A stretch of 64,000 nt of DNA from Oligoflexales bacterium. Its GTDB lineage: Bacteria; Bdellovibrionota_B; Oligoflexia; Oligoflexales; RGVZ01. Every line of letters starts with the position of its first letter. The stretch's first letter is position 1. A program made the translations under genes and the position numbers. Of this stretch, positions 1 to 8,917 are shown one piece after another. The stretch covers positions 5,889 to 69,888 of the forward strand of contig JBIIGV010000233.1 in the NCBI GenBank assembly GCA_044236265.1, in the 5' to 3' direction. The notes beneath the pieces are model-generated. The model worked only from the letters and a program-made list of their open reading frames with translations, did not search any database and was not told the origin of the DNA.

Positions 1-471
1 AACGCGCTGACACTCGCCTCCGCTTAACGCCCCCGGTAAATGGTCTAATCGAGCGGAGAGTCCGACCTCCGCCAAGGCCTGGCGTGCTTTGACGCGAGCA
101 TCTTCTTTTCCAGCAATCTCTAAAGGTAGAGAGACATTTTCAAGGGCCGTAAGCGAGGGCATTAGATGGAACTGCTGGAAGATGATTCCCAAGGATCGTC
201 CGCGCCAACGTGCTAACTCCAAATCGCTCAAACTGGCTATGTTAGTAGACCCAATAACTAAAGTTCCAGATGAAGGGCGATCGAGGGTTCCGAGAAGCGA
301 AAGTAACGTGGATTTACCGCTGCCACTCGGGCCGATAATCGCCAGAGATTGGCCACGACGAAGATCAAGATCAACACCTTTTAAGACATCAATGGGGCCT
401 GCAGGCGTCGTCCATGTTTTCGTGAGTTTTTCTGCTTTTAGGACGATGTCTTGAGAGTTGGAGCTAATCAT
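1..471 (-). CDS. ABC transporter ATP-binding protein (YbbA/LolD-like); the C-terminus runs off the window start
   Basis: Reverse-strand translation from the ATG at 471-469 gives MISSNSQDIVLKAEKLTK...IIGPSGSGKSTLL (Walker A)...LPGALSGGECQRV (ABC signature), reaching position 1 in frame (157 codons, no stop). It is absent from the ORF track because it has no stop in the window. The + ORF 89..454 is its antisense shadow. Confidence 0.85.
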   Translation of the reverse strand, partial: MISSNSQDIVLKAEKLTKTWTTPAGPIDVLKGVDLDLRRGQSLAIIGPSGSGKSTLLSLLGTLDRPSSGTLVIGSTNIASLSDLELARWRGRSLGIIFQQFHLMPSLTALENVSLPLEIAGKEDARVKARQALAEVGLSARLDHLPGALSGGECQRV

Positions 472-1070
472 AAGAGACTTTCCAGAAATTTGGCGACGTG
501 ATCGGCAATGATTTTGTGTCCCGAGACGTTGGGATGAATTCCATCTGGTAAATTTAACTCAGCTTTTGCTGCGACGCCGTCAAGCAGAAATGGCAATAAT
601 GGAAGTTTCAGTTGCTTGGCAAGAGTTGGATAAATTGAGTCAAATGATTTTGCATAGGCAGCACCTAAACTTGGTGGGACTTTCATACCAGCTAAAATTA
701 CTTTTTTTGCTCCAAGTTCTGTTGCAATCTGGGCCGTCTTCTCAAGGTTTTTACGGGCAGAGGTGACGTCTTGTCCCCTTAGTCCATCATTAGCGCCCAG
801 AGCTAGAAAAATCCAATCTGGTTTGAGCTGAGATTTCATGTGCCATCTTACGCGGGATGGTCCGCTGGCTGTGGTGGATCCACTAACGCCTGCATTAATA
901 AGCGTGACGTTGTGCTTTTTTGCCTTGAGGGCCTTTTCTGCGACGGCGGGCCATGCGGACTCCTTCGGGACACCATAGCCTTCTGTTAATGAGTCGCCAA
1001 GGCAAAGAATGGTTGTCCCATGCGCTGGGAGCCCAAGACTTAGAATGACAACTAAAAAAAAGTATCTCAA
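468..1070 (-). CDS. tesA: Secreted SGNH/GDSL hydrolase (thioesterase I / arylesterase, TesA-like)
   Basis: Signal peptide MRYFFLVVILSLGLPAHG. SGNH blocks are ILCLGDSLTEGYG (block I, Ser), LALGANDGL (block III) and PDGIHPNVSGH (block V, Asp/His). The start is TTG at 1070. Its TGA stop overlaps the ATG of the downstream ABC ATPase (ATGA at 471-468). Confidence 0.8.
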   Translation of the reverse strand: MRYFFLVVILSLGLPAHGTTILCLGDSLTEGYGVPKESAWPAVAEKALKAKKHNVTLINAGVSGSTTASGPSRVRWHMKSQLKPDWIFLALGANDGLRGQDVTSARKNLEKTAQIATELGAKKVILAGMKVPPSLGAAYAKSFDSIYPTLAKQLKLPLLPFLLDGVAAKAELNLPDGIHPNVSGHKIIADHVAKFLESLL

Positions 1071-1072
1071 AG

Positions 1073-1978
1073 TTATTCCCAGACCGACTCTGCAAGCAGT
1101 TTTGTGTCAGAGTACAAATCGTAAATATCCTGTGAGGCGGTATGACGCTTGAAAAGCATTTCTGTTTCGCCATCTCCGTCGAAGTCACCGGCATCCACTA
1201 ACATCATATCTGAGCCAAGATAATGTATCTCTTTACTCGGTAGAATGCGAAATGTTTCTGTCTTGCGCGACTTAGGTATTGTTTGTATCGACACAATCAA
1301 ACCATGTTTGACAGAGGCCCAGGTGCGATGAATACGAACGTCTTTTTCATTAAATTGGTAGAAGTCTGCCTCGCTTTCCGGGCTCGCCATTTTTTTATTC
1401 AGTTCATCAATCATTTGTTTAAGATGAGATCTTGATTTATCGGCGGTGGCTTGACGCCATTTATAAGGGTCAACGCAGGAGCTGCTAAGCGATGATTTAA
1501 GCAAGATCGGTTTATAAACGGGTGTGGCTAGCCATCCCGCGTAGTCAGCTGATCTTTTTGTGCGCCAGGGTGCACGATCCTCGGGTCGCAGGAGGTAGGG
1601 TGGTTTTGCGCCAGCTTCATTCTCTTTCTCCAGCATGGCCGTTAACTGACCTTCGGCTCGTCCGCCAAAACAGACGTCCCAGGAAAAAGCTTTCGGAAGA
1701 GCTACGACAGGATTGCTATCTTGAAGTCTTGGGGCGGCCTGCCAAGGTTTCTTGTCGATACGCACAAAAAGAGGTCGCACCCGGGCTTCATACTGTGTGT
1801 CATTTTTGACTTCAGATTTTTCTTGTCCAGAGCCTACTGATTTTTTTTCATCAGCGGGCGCAGTTGTTTGATTTGGCGTCATCGGCCAATCTTCCAAAAC
1901 ACCGACCCAATTTGTCCATGCGAACGATGGACTGGCAATTAATATTGAGAAGATAGATAAGTAGCGCAACAGGAGCAT
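1073..1978 (-). CDS. Hypothetical secreted protein with an FG-GAP/EF-hand-like DAGDFDGDGETE motif
   Basis: The long ORF is 1073..1996. I prefer the ATG at 1978, which has GGAGA about 9 nt upstream and gives the signal peptide MLLLRYLSIFSILIASPSFA. The stop lies 2 nt from the tesA-like start, so it is probably the same operon. No family recognised. Confidence 0.55.
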   Translation of the reverse strand: MLLLRYLSIFSILIASPSFAWTNWVGVLEDWPMTPNQTTAPADEKKSVGSGQEKSEVKNDTQYEARVRPLFVRIDKKPWQAAPRLQDSNPVVALPKAFSWDVCFGGRAEGQLTAMLEKENEAGAKPPYLLRPEDRAPWRTKRSADYAGWLATPVYKPILLKSSLSSSCVDPYKWRQATADKSRSHLKQMIDELNKKMASPESEADFYQFNEKDVRIHRTWASVKHGLIVSIQTIPKSRKTETFRILPSKEIHYLGSDMMLVDAGDFDGDGETEMLFKRHTASQDIYDLYSDTKLLAESVWE

Positions 1979-2031
1979 GGATTCTTTCTCCCACAACGGT
2001 TTAAGACATATGAGTGCTCACTCAAATGATA

Positions 2032-3339
2032 TCATGCGACGCGTTTGGAGCGGGAGTCGCGGCGCAGGTTTAGAGGTAGAATTTTTGCAGCCGCTTCGAT
2101 AGACGGACGAACGGTCATAAGTGTTGCAATTCCTGACTTTACTCGCAGATCTTTAAAACGGAACAAATGATGACGGCGTAGATACCAAAGAAGGCCAAAT
2201 CCTGTCAAAAGTCTAAGAACGCCCGAAAATGCGAATAGAGTATGATAGCTATCTGTTAGTCGGAGAATGTAGCCCCCAGCGATTCCTCCTGCAACGCTTC
2301 CCAAACTACTTAAAGCTAAATAAACGCCGAGCTTCTGTGTAATACTGCGGGGATACATATTCTGAACAAGCAAAATACTGATCAAATCAAAGCCCGCCCA
2401 ACTGAGTCCTGAAAGAATCTGCAGAAAGCTCAACCAAGGTGTACTTTCGTTAATAGCCCATAGAACCGGAACGGTACCGATTGCGAAGGTGGCGATAGCC
2501 AGGCCTTCAAATTTTCGATTGTCGTCCAGAAGGCGTGCCCAGTTAGTCAGGCAGAGAGCCTTTGTAATCAACGGGAGTGCGGTCAAAAATGAGTAGATCG
2601 TAAATCCTAAATCGATCTCCCGAAGCATGTATGTGGAGTAAAAAGGTGACGAGAGGTTGACGGCGCATCGAAACAGCATCATGACTAAACTTAATTTAAT
2701 AATTGAAACAACGGCCTCATCGGGCGGCACAGTAGCGGAGTGACTTAGGTTTAAGTGTGTTTTCTCTGCCGTTAGATAAATGAGAGACATCGAGATAAAT
2801 CTTGTTCCAGCTGCAACAAGCAGGAACATGGCCATAACATTATTTGTTAGTCCTGTTTCCAAAATCCTCGCCGACGAGAGATTACAAACGAGAGTCAAAA
2901 TTGTCATAAGCATGGCGCGGCGACTGAAAAATCGATTGTGAAGAGAGGCATCAACGTTGTGCGCTAAAATTTCCTGAGTCGGGCTAGAAGAAGTCATTCC
3001 TCCAACCCAGTACATGCACTGACCGATAAACATCCAGGTACTATGACCGCCTCTGATTGCGAGAGAGTGGGCCATGATTACGAGCCCAGCAATTTGCACA
3101 GCCATCGCGCAAAGAGCGAGGCGCTTTGCGTCGGAACAAAACTTTCTAACATTGGTGAGGGCTGCCTGTGACAGTGCTCCTAAAGCCGCTGGCACAGTAA
3201 TAAATACAGCCAAGGTGACGGGATCCATATCTTGGCTGCCATAGTAGATCGCCAGCAGCACTTCGCTAAAGCCAATAGTCACACCGAGGCATAGTGCTTC
3301 GATATACCAAGCGGTGTTTTTTGATCGTGTGGACTGCAT
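2032..3339 (-). CDS. Major-facilitator-superfamily-like polytopic membrane transporter
   Basis: 435-aa ORF that is hydrophobic throughout, with about 12 predicted helices in two halves separated by a charged loop (NRFFSRRAM). It starts at an ATG with an adjacent AGGGG. Substrate unknown. Confidence 0.65.
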   Translation of the reverse strand: MQSTRSKNTAWYIEALCLGVTIGFSEVLLAIYYGSQDMDPVTLAVFITVPAALGALSQAALTNVRKFCSDAKRLALCAMAVQIAGLVIMAHSLAIRGGHSTWMFIGQCMYWVGGMTSSSPTQEILAHNVDASLHNRFFSRRAMLMTILTLVCNLSSARILETGLTNNVMAMFLLVAAGTRFISMSLIYLTAEKTHLNLSHSATVPPDEAVVSIIKLSLVMMLFRCAVNLSSPFYSTYMLREIDLGFTIYSFLTALPLITKALCLTNWARLLDDNRKFEGLAIATFAIGTVPVLWAINESTPWLSFLQILSGLSWAGFDLISILLVQNMYPRSITQKLGVYLALSSLGSVAGGIAGGYILRLTDSYHTLFAFSGVLRLLTGFGLLWYLRRHHLFRFKDLRVKSGIATLMTVRPSIEAAAKILPLNLRRDSRSKRVA

Positions 3340-3423
3340 CCCCTAAGGATATCACGCCGGCGTCTTTGGTTGTGGCCGGCGTCGATGCAAAGCGCTGAAA
3401 TTTCGAACAAAATATGGCTAATT

Positions 3424-4047
3424 TTATGGTCGTCTAATCGATGATTTAATCATTTTTGCAAGCATATCGATTGTACGATCATTAAAGTGATCCCAATGCA
3501 CGACAAGGTCAGCTTGATGCTTGGTTGGAGCTACGAATTGATCATGCATGGGCTTAACGGTTGAAAGATATTGTTTGATAACGCCCTCATTGGTTCGACC
3601 ACGTTCATCGACATCGCGACGAAGTCTGCGAATGAATCGAACGTCGTCACTCACATCAACAAAAATGGCGCAATTCAGGTGTTTTCTTATTTCGGGGGAG
3701 TAAAGGGCGAAAATCCCGTCAACTATGATCACATCTACAGGATCAAGTCTGGCGACTTTGGAGCTACGCGTGTGGCTGGCAAATTCGTAGGTTGGGCGAT
3801 CAATCGCTTTACCCATTGCAAGCTGCTCAACGTGGGACGCTAAAAGCTCCATTTCAAGGGCATCGGGATGGTCAAAATTGACCCTCTCACGGGCGGCTGG
3901 CTCCAAATGGGCCAAGTCCCGGTAGTAATGGTCTAGCTGAAAAATTGTGATGGCAAGGTCTGTGCACCGTTCTTGGATTTTGCGGGCTATGGTGGTCTTT
4001 CCCGATCCTGATCCACCTGCAATGCCTATCATCAGTGGGGTTTGCAT
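3424..4047 (-). CDS. udk: Uridine kinase
   Basis: IGIAGGSGSGKTT P-loop, DHYY and NFDHPDA motifs, 207 aa. GGAGG lies 9 nt upstream of the ATG. It is divergent from the mmsA operon. Confidence 0.9.
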   Translation of the reverse strand: MQTPLMIGIAGGSGSGKTTIARKIQERCTDLAITIFQLDHYYRDLAHLEPAARERVNFDHPDALEMELLASHVEQLAMGKAIDRPTYEFASHTRSSKVARLDPVDVIIVDGIFALYSPEIRKHLNCAIFVDVSDDVRFIRRLRRDVDERGRTNEGVIKQYLSTVKPMHDQFVAPTKHQADLVVHWDHFNDRTIDMLAKMIKSSIRRP

Positions 4048-4100
4048 GTTCTTGGACCTCCAAACCGGGGTGGATAATGCCTTCTAAGCAAGCCGAATAA

Positions 4101-4131
4101 TTGACAAAGGAGCTTGCATTTTCGCTAAAAA
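4101..4131 (+). promoter_or_regulatory. Candidate sigma70-type promoter for the mmsA operon
   Basis: TTGACA at 4101-4106 and an A/T-rich TAAAAA at 4126-4131. The spacer is 19 nt, which is longer than optimal. It sits in the 127-bp divergent udk/mmsA intergenic region. Confidence 0.25.
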
Positions 4132-4174
4132 ATCACCAAAATGTCAATAATTTCGATGTAAAAGGTGTGAAAAC

Positions 4175-5647
4175 ATGCTGGTAGAACGTCTTAAGACTGT
4201 TCGCGACTGCGACAATTTCGTTAATGGAGTCTTTGTAAAAGCAAAGCAGTATTCCGATGTTGTGTCTCCTTGGACCGGTGAGATCATCGGAAGGGTTGCC
4301 ATGTCGGGGCGTGAGGATGTCCAAGCTGCAGTAACAGCAGCGACCAAGGTCTTTCCAATCTGGCGTGCTACGCCAATCAAAGAGCGCACCACGAAGTTGT
4401 TTAAATTTCGCGAGCTTGTTTTGGAGAAATTAGATTTTCTTGCCAATGTCGCAGCACTAGAAGCCGGCAAGACCGTTGCTGAAGCCAAGGCAGGAATTTT
4501 GAAGGGGCTTGAGGTCTCCGAGTTTGCGCTGAGTTTGCAGAACATGGATTCCGGTGGAGCCATGGAAGTCAGTCGCGGTGTTACCTGTGAATACAGGCGT
4601 GAGCCATTGGGCGTTGTAACGGGAATCGCGCCATTCAATTTTCCAGCGATGGTCCCAATGTGGATGTACCCAATCGCTGTGACCCTCGGAAACTGCTTTA
4701 TTCTGAAGCCCTCCGAAAAAGTTCCGCTGACATCGCAGTGGATGGCTGAACTGATGCATGCCGCTGGATTTCCAGCTGGTGTCTTTCAACTTGTGAATGG
4801 TGGACGTGATGCTGTTGAGGGTCTCATCGATCATCCTGACGTCAAGGCCGTAGGATTTGTCGGCTCGACGCCGGTGGCGAAAGCTCTTTATGCTAGAGCG
4901 ACATCTCATGGTAAGCGAGCCTTGTGTTTGGGTGGTGCTAAAAATCATCTTCTCGTGGTTCCAGACGCTGACGAAAAAATAACTGTTCGGGGAGTCGTAG
5001 ACTCCTTCACAGGTTGTGCAGGACAGCGTTGTATGGCTGCCAGTCTAATGCTTGCCGTTGGATCCGTGGATCATATCATCAATAAGATTGCACAGACTGC
5101 GTCAAGTCTTGAGCTCGGGCCGCAAATGGGAGCCATCATCGATAAATCCGCGCTTGAGAGAATTCGCACGGCCATTGCGGATGCTGAAAAGCATGGAGCG
5201 AAAATTTTGGTCGATGGGCGCAAGGCCAACCCTCCGAAGGGCTTTGAAAAAGGATGCTGGATCGGTCCGACGATCATTGATCGAGCAACCCCAGACATGA
5301 ATTGTGCTCAGATGGAGATTTTTGGGCCCGTGATCACCATTGTTCGCGTAAATAACTTGAGTGAAGCCATGGCGCTTGAAGCCAAAAGCCCGTTTGGTAA
5401 TGCCACAAGCGTGTTTACCACCAGCGGCGCAGTGGCAAGATTTGTTGCAGACCATGCAACCAACGGCATGATTGGCGTCAATATTGGAGTTCCAGTTCCT
5501 CGAGAGCCATTTTCTTTCGGTGGAAGCAAAGAGAGTAAATTCGGAACCTGCGATATTACCGGCGAGAGTGCGCTGGAGTTTTGGTCCCAGAGGAAAAAAA
5601 TAACCATGAAATGGGCTGAGCAGTCCGATGCAACGTGGATGAGCTAG
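4175..5647 (+). CDS. mmsA: CoA-acylating methylmalonate/malonate-semialdehyde dehydrogenase
   Basis: 490 aa. Family-typical strings are PFNFPAMVPMWMYPIAVTLGNCFILKPSEKVP, the catalytic Cys context GCAGQRCMAAS, and the C-terminal IGVNIGVPVPREPFSFGG. Confidence 0.9.
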   Translation: MLVERLKTVRDCDNFVNGVFVKAKQYSDVVSPWTGEIIGRVAMSGREDVQAAVTAATKVFPIWRATPIKERTTKLFKFRELVLEKLDFLANVAALEAGKTVAEAKAGILKGLEVSEFALSLQNMDSGGAMEVSRGVTCEYRREPLGVVTGIAPFNFPAMVPMWMYPIAVTLGNCFILKPSEKVPLTSQWMAELMHAAGFPAGVFQLVNGGRDAVEGLIDHPDVKAVGFVGSTPVAKALYARATSHGKRALCLGGAKNHLLVVPDADEKITVRGVVDSFTGCAGQRCMAASLMLAVGSVDHIINKIAQTASSLELGPQMGAIIDKSALERIRTAIADAEKHGAKILVDGRKANPPKGFEKGCWIGPTIIDRATPDMNCAQMEIFGPVITIVRVNNLSEAMALEAKSPFGNATSVFTTSGAVARFVADHATNGMIGVNIGVPVPREPFSFGGSKESKFGTCDITGESALEFWSQRKKITMKWAEQSDATWMS

Positions 5648-5705
5648 CAGTGACTAAAAGCGCGTCTACGCATTCATGGTTCGGATGGAAATGAAGGAGG
5701 CTGTC

Positions 5706-6965
5706 ATGCCGGATAAGAAAAAAGTTAAACACATAAAGTTAACGAGTCACCCAGGGCTTCCTGGTGCCGAGGTTGCAAAACCGATTCGCTGGGGGGCAAA
5801 GACTCCAGGAGAGCGTGGTCCCGTGATCGCTTCGGTCACAAATCCTGCGCATCGTAATGTTATTGGAACGCACAGCGGAAGTTACACCGTGTACAGAGCT
5901 TTGGCTGTTGCTGCTGGCGCGCTCAACGCCGAACATCGTCCAGATCTTACCAACACAACGCCAGCCGAATCATTGGGCCCGCACCCTCAGTGGCTGGATC
6001 CCGAAAAAATTGTGTCGATTGATCCCTGGGGTGCAGATATTGCTACGGCATTCGCCGATGACTTGAAAAGTGGTTACGACATTCGTCCTACGATCGCGGT
6101 TACAAAAGCGCACATCAATATGCCAGAGCTTCAAGCTGCGATTCAGGCAGGACGCTTGAAGGCTGACGGTAAAATCCTCAGCGCAAATGGTGATTGTGTC
6201 GTCACCAAAGCTGCAATCGAGCCTGTGTGGTGGTTGCCTGGCATCGCAAAGCGATTTGGAATCGAAGAGCCAGAGCTGAGACGGATTCTCTTTGAACAAA
6301 CTGGTGGAATGTATCCAGAGTTGGTCACAAGACCAGATCTTGAGGTCTTCCTTCCGCCGATTGGTAGCATGTCTGTGTACTTCTTCGGTGACATTACCAA
6401 GATTGGTAAAGAAAACGTTGAACACGCTTGTCGTGTGCACGACGAGTGCAATGGTTCAGATGTTTTCGGTAGTGACATCTGTACATGTCGTCCCTATTTG
6501 GCGCACGGAATTGAAGTAGCAATCGAAACAGCACAACGCGGCGGCGTTGGCATTATCGTTTACTGTCGAAAAGAAGGACGCGCTTTGGGCGAAGTGACCA
6601 AGTTTCTTGTCTATAACGCCCGTAAGCGCCAAGAAGGTGGCGACACGGCTGAAAAATACTTTGAGCGAACCGAGTGCGTGGCTGGAGTCCAGGACATGCG
6701 CTTTCAGCAATTGATGCCTGATGTTCTTCATTGGCTAGGGATAAAGAAGATCGATCATTTTGTTTCGATGTCGAATATGAAGTTTGATGCCCTGGCGACC
6801 AGCGGAATAAAAATTATCAATCGGGTACAGATTCCTGAAGAGCTGGTCCCGGCTGATGCCAAAGTGGAAATGGACGCGAAAAAGGCAGCTGGATACTTCA
6901 CGGCAACGGGAGTTCCGACAAATGAGGAACTTAAAAAGGCCAAGGGTCGAGGCTTAACTGAGTGA
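5706..6965 (+). CDS. GTP cyclohydrolase II-like protein (URC1-type long form)
   Basis: The C-terminal half carries the RibA-type zinc motif RVHDECNGSDVFGSDICTCRPYL and GRALGEVTKFLVYN. The roughly 200-aa N-terminal extension is typical of the URC1 subgroup rather than riboflavin RibA. I prefer the ATG at 5706, which has AAGGAGG 5 nt upstream; the track ORF starts at 5676. Confidence 0.8.
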   Translation: MPDKKKVKHIKLTSHPGLPGAEVAKPIRWGAKTPGERGPVIASVTNPAHRNVIGTHSGSYTVYRALAVAAGALNAEHRPDLTNTTPAESLGPHPQWLDPEKIVSIDPWGADIATAFADDLKSGYDIRPTIAVTKAHINMPELQAAIQAGRLKADGKILSANGDCVVTKAAIEPVWWLPGIAKRFGIEEPELRRILFEQTGGMYPELVTRPDLEVFLPPIGSMSVYFFGDITKIGKENVEHACRVHDECNGSDVFGSDICTCRPYLAHGIEVAIETAQRGGVGIIVYCRKEGRALGEVTKFLVYNARKRQEGGDTAEKYFERTECVAGVQDMRFQQLMPDVLHWLGIKKIDHFVSMSNMKFDALATSGIKIINRVQIPEELVPADAKVEMDAKKAAGYFTATGVPTNEELKKAKGRGLTE

Positions 6966-6987
6966 AAGCTCTAGAAGGGGCGCTGTG

Positions 6988-8220
6988 ATGTCTGACAATG
7001 CCGACATTTTATTTATGCGCTCGCCGCGAACTATTCGCGAGCGAAGTCGACAGCTTTATGAAGTCGGACTTCAGGCTAAGTTGCCACACTTTCGCGTTCG
7101 CCCAGAAAAAATTGCAGACGTTGCAAAATTTGTTATCGATGTGACCAGGGAGAATTATCCGGACGGTAATATTCCATACCATAGTCGTTGGAGTCACTTT
7201 CAGGTAGGTGGAATCGATCGCATTTCCTGGCTTCGAAAACATGCCCCGGAGGGGCGCCGCGATCAATTGTCCATGGCGCGGATGTTTTATGATTTAGTTG
7301 TACCGAGTATTCTGCTGGATGCGGGTGCTGGTATGAAATGGGCTTATAAGGACTCTTACGGCAAAGAATTTCGCAAAAGCGAGGGTTTGGCGGTCGCAAG
7401 TTTTGATATGTTTGCCCAAGGATTGTTTTCCAGTGATCCTCGGTGTGCTATGCAAAGTGACGCCACAGGTCTTGAGCGACTTCAGGCTGATGTTCTAGCC
7501 AATGGTATGCAAGTTTCTTCAGATAATCCCCTGGTTGGGCTTGAAGGTCGTTTGCTGCTGCTTCGAAACCTCGGCAAAGCTTTGCGTAATCCTAAGTTCT
7601 TCTCTGGCAAAGCAGCGGGTACCATTGGTTCATTGGTGGACTATATACTCAATCAATTTGGTGCTGAGACGGTTAGCGCAACTGATGTGCTCTCAACCGT
7701 GCTTGAAGCCTTTGGGCCAATTTGGCCAGGCAGAATTGAAATCGCAGGTGAAAACCTTGGAGACGTTTGGAAACACTCCCTGGCTGGTGGCGATGGGGTC
7801 ACGAAGAATTTAGTTCCATTCCATAAACTCAGCCAGTGGATGACTTACTCTCTGCTTGAACCTTTGGAGTGGGCGGGTGTTCGCATCACCAAGGTTGAGG
7901 AAATGACGGGACTACCCGAGTACAGAAATGGTGGTCTGTTTCTTGACTGCGGTGTTTTGGAAACAATCCGTCCGGACGCTTTGTCGAGAGAATATAGTCC
8001 CGGTGATGAATTTATTGTTGAATGGCGCGCCTTGACCGTGGCTCTCCTGGATGTGGTCGGTGCTGAGGTTCGTAAAGAACTCGGGAAAACACCGGCAGAA
8101 CTTCCGCTTGCTAAAGTACTTCAAGGCGGAACTTGGGCTGCCGGTCGAAAGATTGCGGCCAAGTTGCGATCCGATGGCGGATCACCAATAAAAATTAAAA
8201 GTGACGGAACGGTCTTTTAG
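6988..8220 (+). CDS. DUF1688 / URC4-like protein
   Basis: About 410-aa soluble protein lying between the URC1-like gene and upp. Size and context match the URC4 (DUF1688) family, and the [11 protein letters not shown] motif region resembles what I remember of that family. The assignment rests mostly on context and needs an HMM search. GTG 6985 and ATG 6988 are both possible starts. Confidence 0.55.
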   Translation: MSDNADILFMRSPRTIRERSRQLYEVGLQAKLPHFRVRPEKIADVAKFVIDVTRENYPDGNIPYHSRWSHFQVGGIDRISWLRKHAPEGRRDQLSMARMFYDLVVPSILLDAGAGMKWAYKDSYGKEFRKSEGLAVASFDMFAQGLFSSDPRCAMQSDATGLERLQADVLANGMQVSSDNPLVGLEGRLLLLRNLGKALRNPKFFSGKAAGTIGSLVDYILNQFGAETVSATDVLSTVLEAFGPIWPGRIEIAGENLGDVWKHSLAGGDGVTKNLVPFHKLSQWMTYSLLEPLEWAGVRITKVEEMTGLPEYRNGGLFLDCGVLETIRPDALSREYSPGDEFIVEWRALTVALLDVVGAEVRKELGKTPAELPLAKVLQGGTWAAGRKIAAKLRSDGGSPIKIKSDGTVF

Positions 8221-8246
8221 GACCTGATTTTGAGAGGAACAAAAGT

Positions 8247-8882
8247 ATGACTACTAGGCAAATTCATGTGATCAATCATCCGATGGTACAACATAAGCTG
8301 ACCATTATGCGTGAGAAGGGTACAAAGACAGGCGAATTTAGATCGCTCTTACGTGAAATCAGTATGCTTCTCGGTTATGAAGTGATGCGCGATGTTCCAA
8401 TGACCACGCGTCGTATTGAAACACCAGTTGCACAAATGGATGCCCCTGTCATGGCTGGCAAAGACCTTGCGTTCATTTCGATCATGCGCGCAGGCCAGGG
8501 GATTTTAGATGGAATGCTCCGTCTCGTCCCCACAGCAACTGTAGGGCACATTGGATTGTACCGGGACCCAAAGACTCTTGTTGCTGTTGAGTATTACTTT
8601 AAGGTTCCAAAAGATATTCAGGACCGAGATGCGATAGTTTTAGATCCAATGTTGGCGACAGGTCATTCTGCGGTGGCAGCTCTCGATCGTCTCAAGGAAG
8701 CAAAACCAAGAAGTATCAAATTTGTTTCGCTACTGTGCGCGCCTGAGGGTGTTGAGTATTTTCATGAGTATCATCCGGATGTTCCGATCTATACGGCTTC
8801 GGTCGATCAAAAGCTGAATGAAAAAGGATACATCATTCCTGGCCTGGGCGATGCTGGGGATCGTTTGTTCGGTACAGCCTGA
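8247..8882 (+). CDS. upp: Uracil phosphoribosyltransferase
   Basis: 211 aa. PRPP-binding loop [15 protein letters not shown] and the C-terminal [16 protein letters not shown] signature. Confidence 0.92.
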   Translation: MTTRQIHVINHPMVQHKLTIMREKGTKTGEFRSLLREISMLLGYEVMRDVPMTTRRIETPVAQMDAPVMAGKDLAFISIMRAGQGILDGMLRLVPTATVGHIGLYRDPKTLVAVEYYFKVPKDIQDRDAIVLDPMLATGHSAVAALDRLKEAKPRSIKFVSLLCAPEGVEYFHEYHPDVPIYTASVDQKLNEKGYIIPGLGDAGDRLFGTA

Positions 8883-8917
8883 GCTTTGGTTGTTTTTTAA
8901 TGATTCACCAGCTTCGG

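Noticed and set aside
89-454. 121-aa + strand ORF at the window start.
   Set aside because: It is antisense to a clear ABC ATPase reading frame with Walker A and signature motifs, and has no motifs of its own.
3354-3382. Hairpin ACGCCGGC-N13-GCCGGCGT between the udk stop and the MFS gene start.
   Set aside because: It is an 8-bp GC stem with no U-tract on either strand. It could be a weak attenuator, but I cannot support a terminator call.
4144-5607. Minus-strand ORFs 4144..4638, 4457..4948, 5071..5298, 5102..5455 and 5308..5607, and + ORF 5052..5300.
   Set aside because: All overlap the well-supported mmsA frame, and their translations show no family features.
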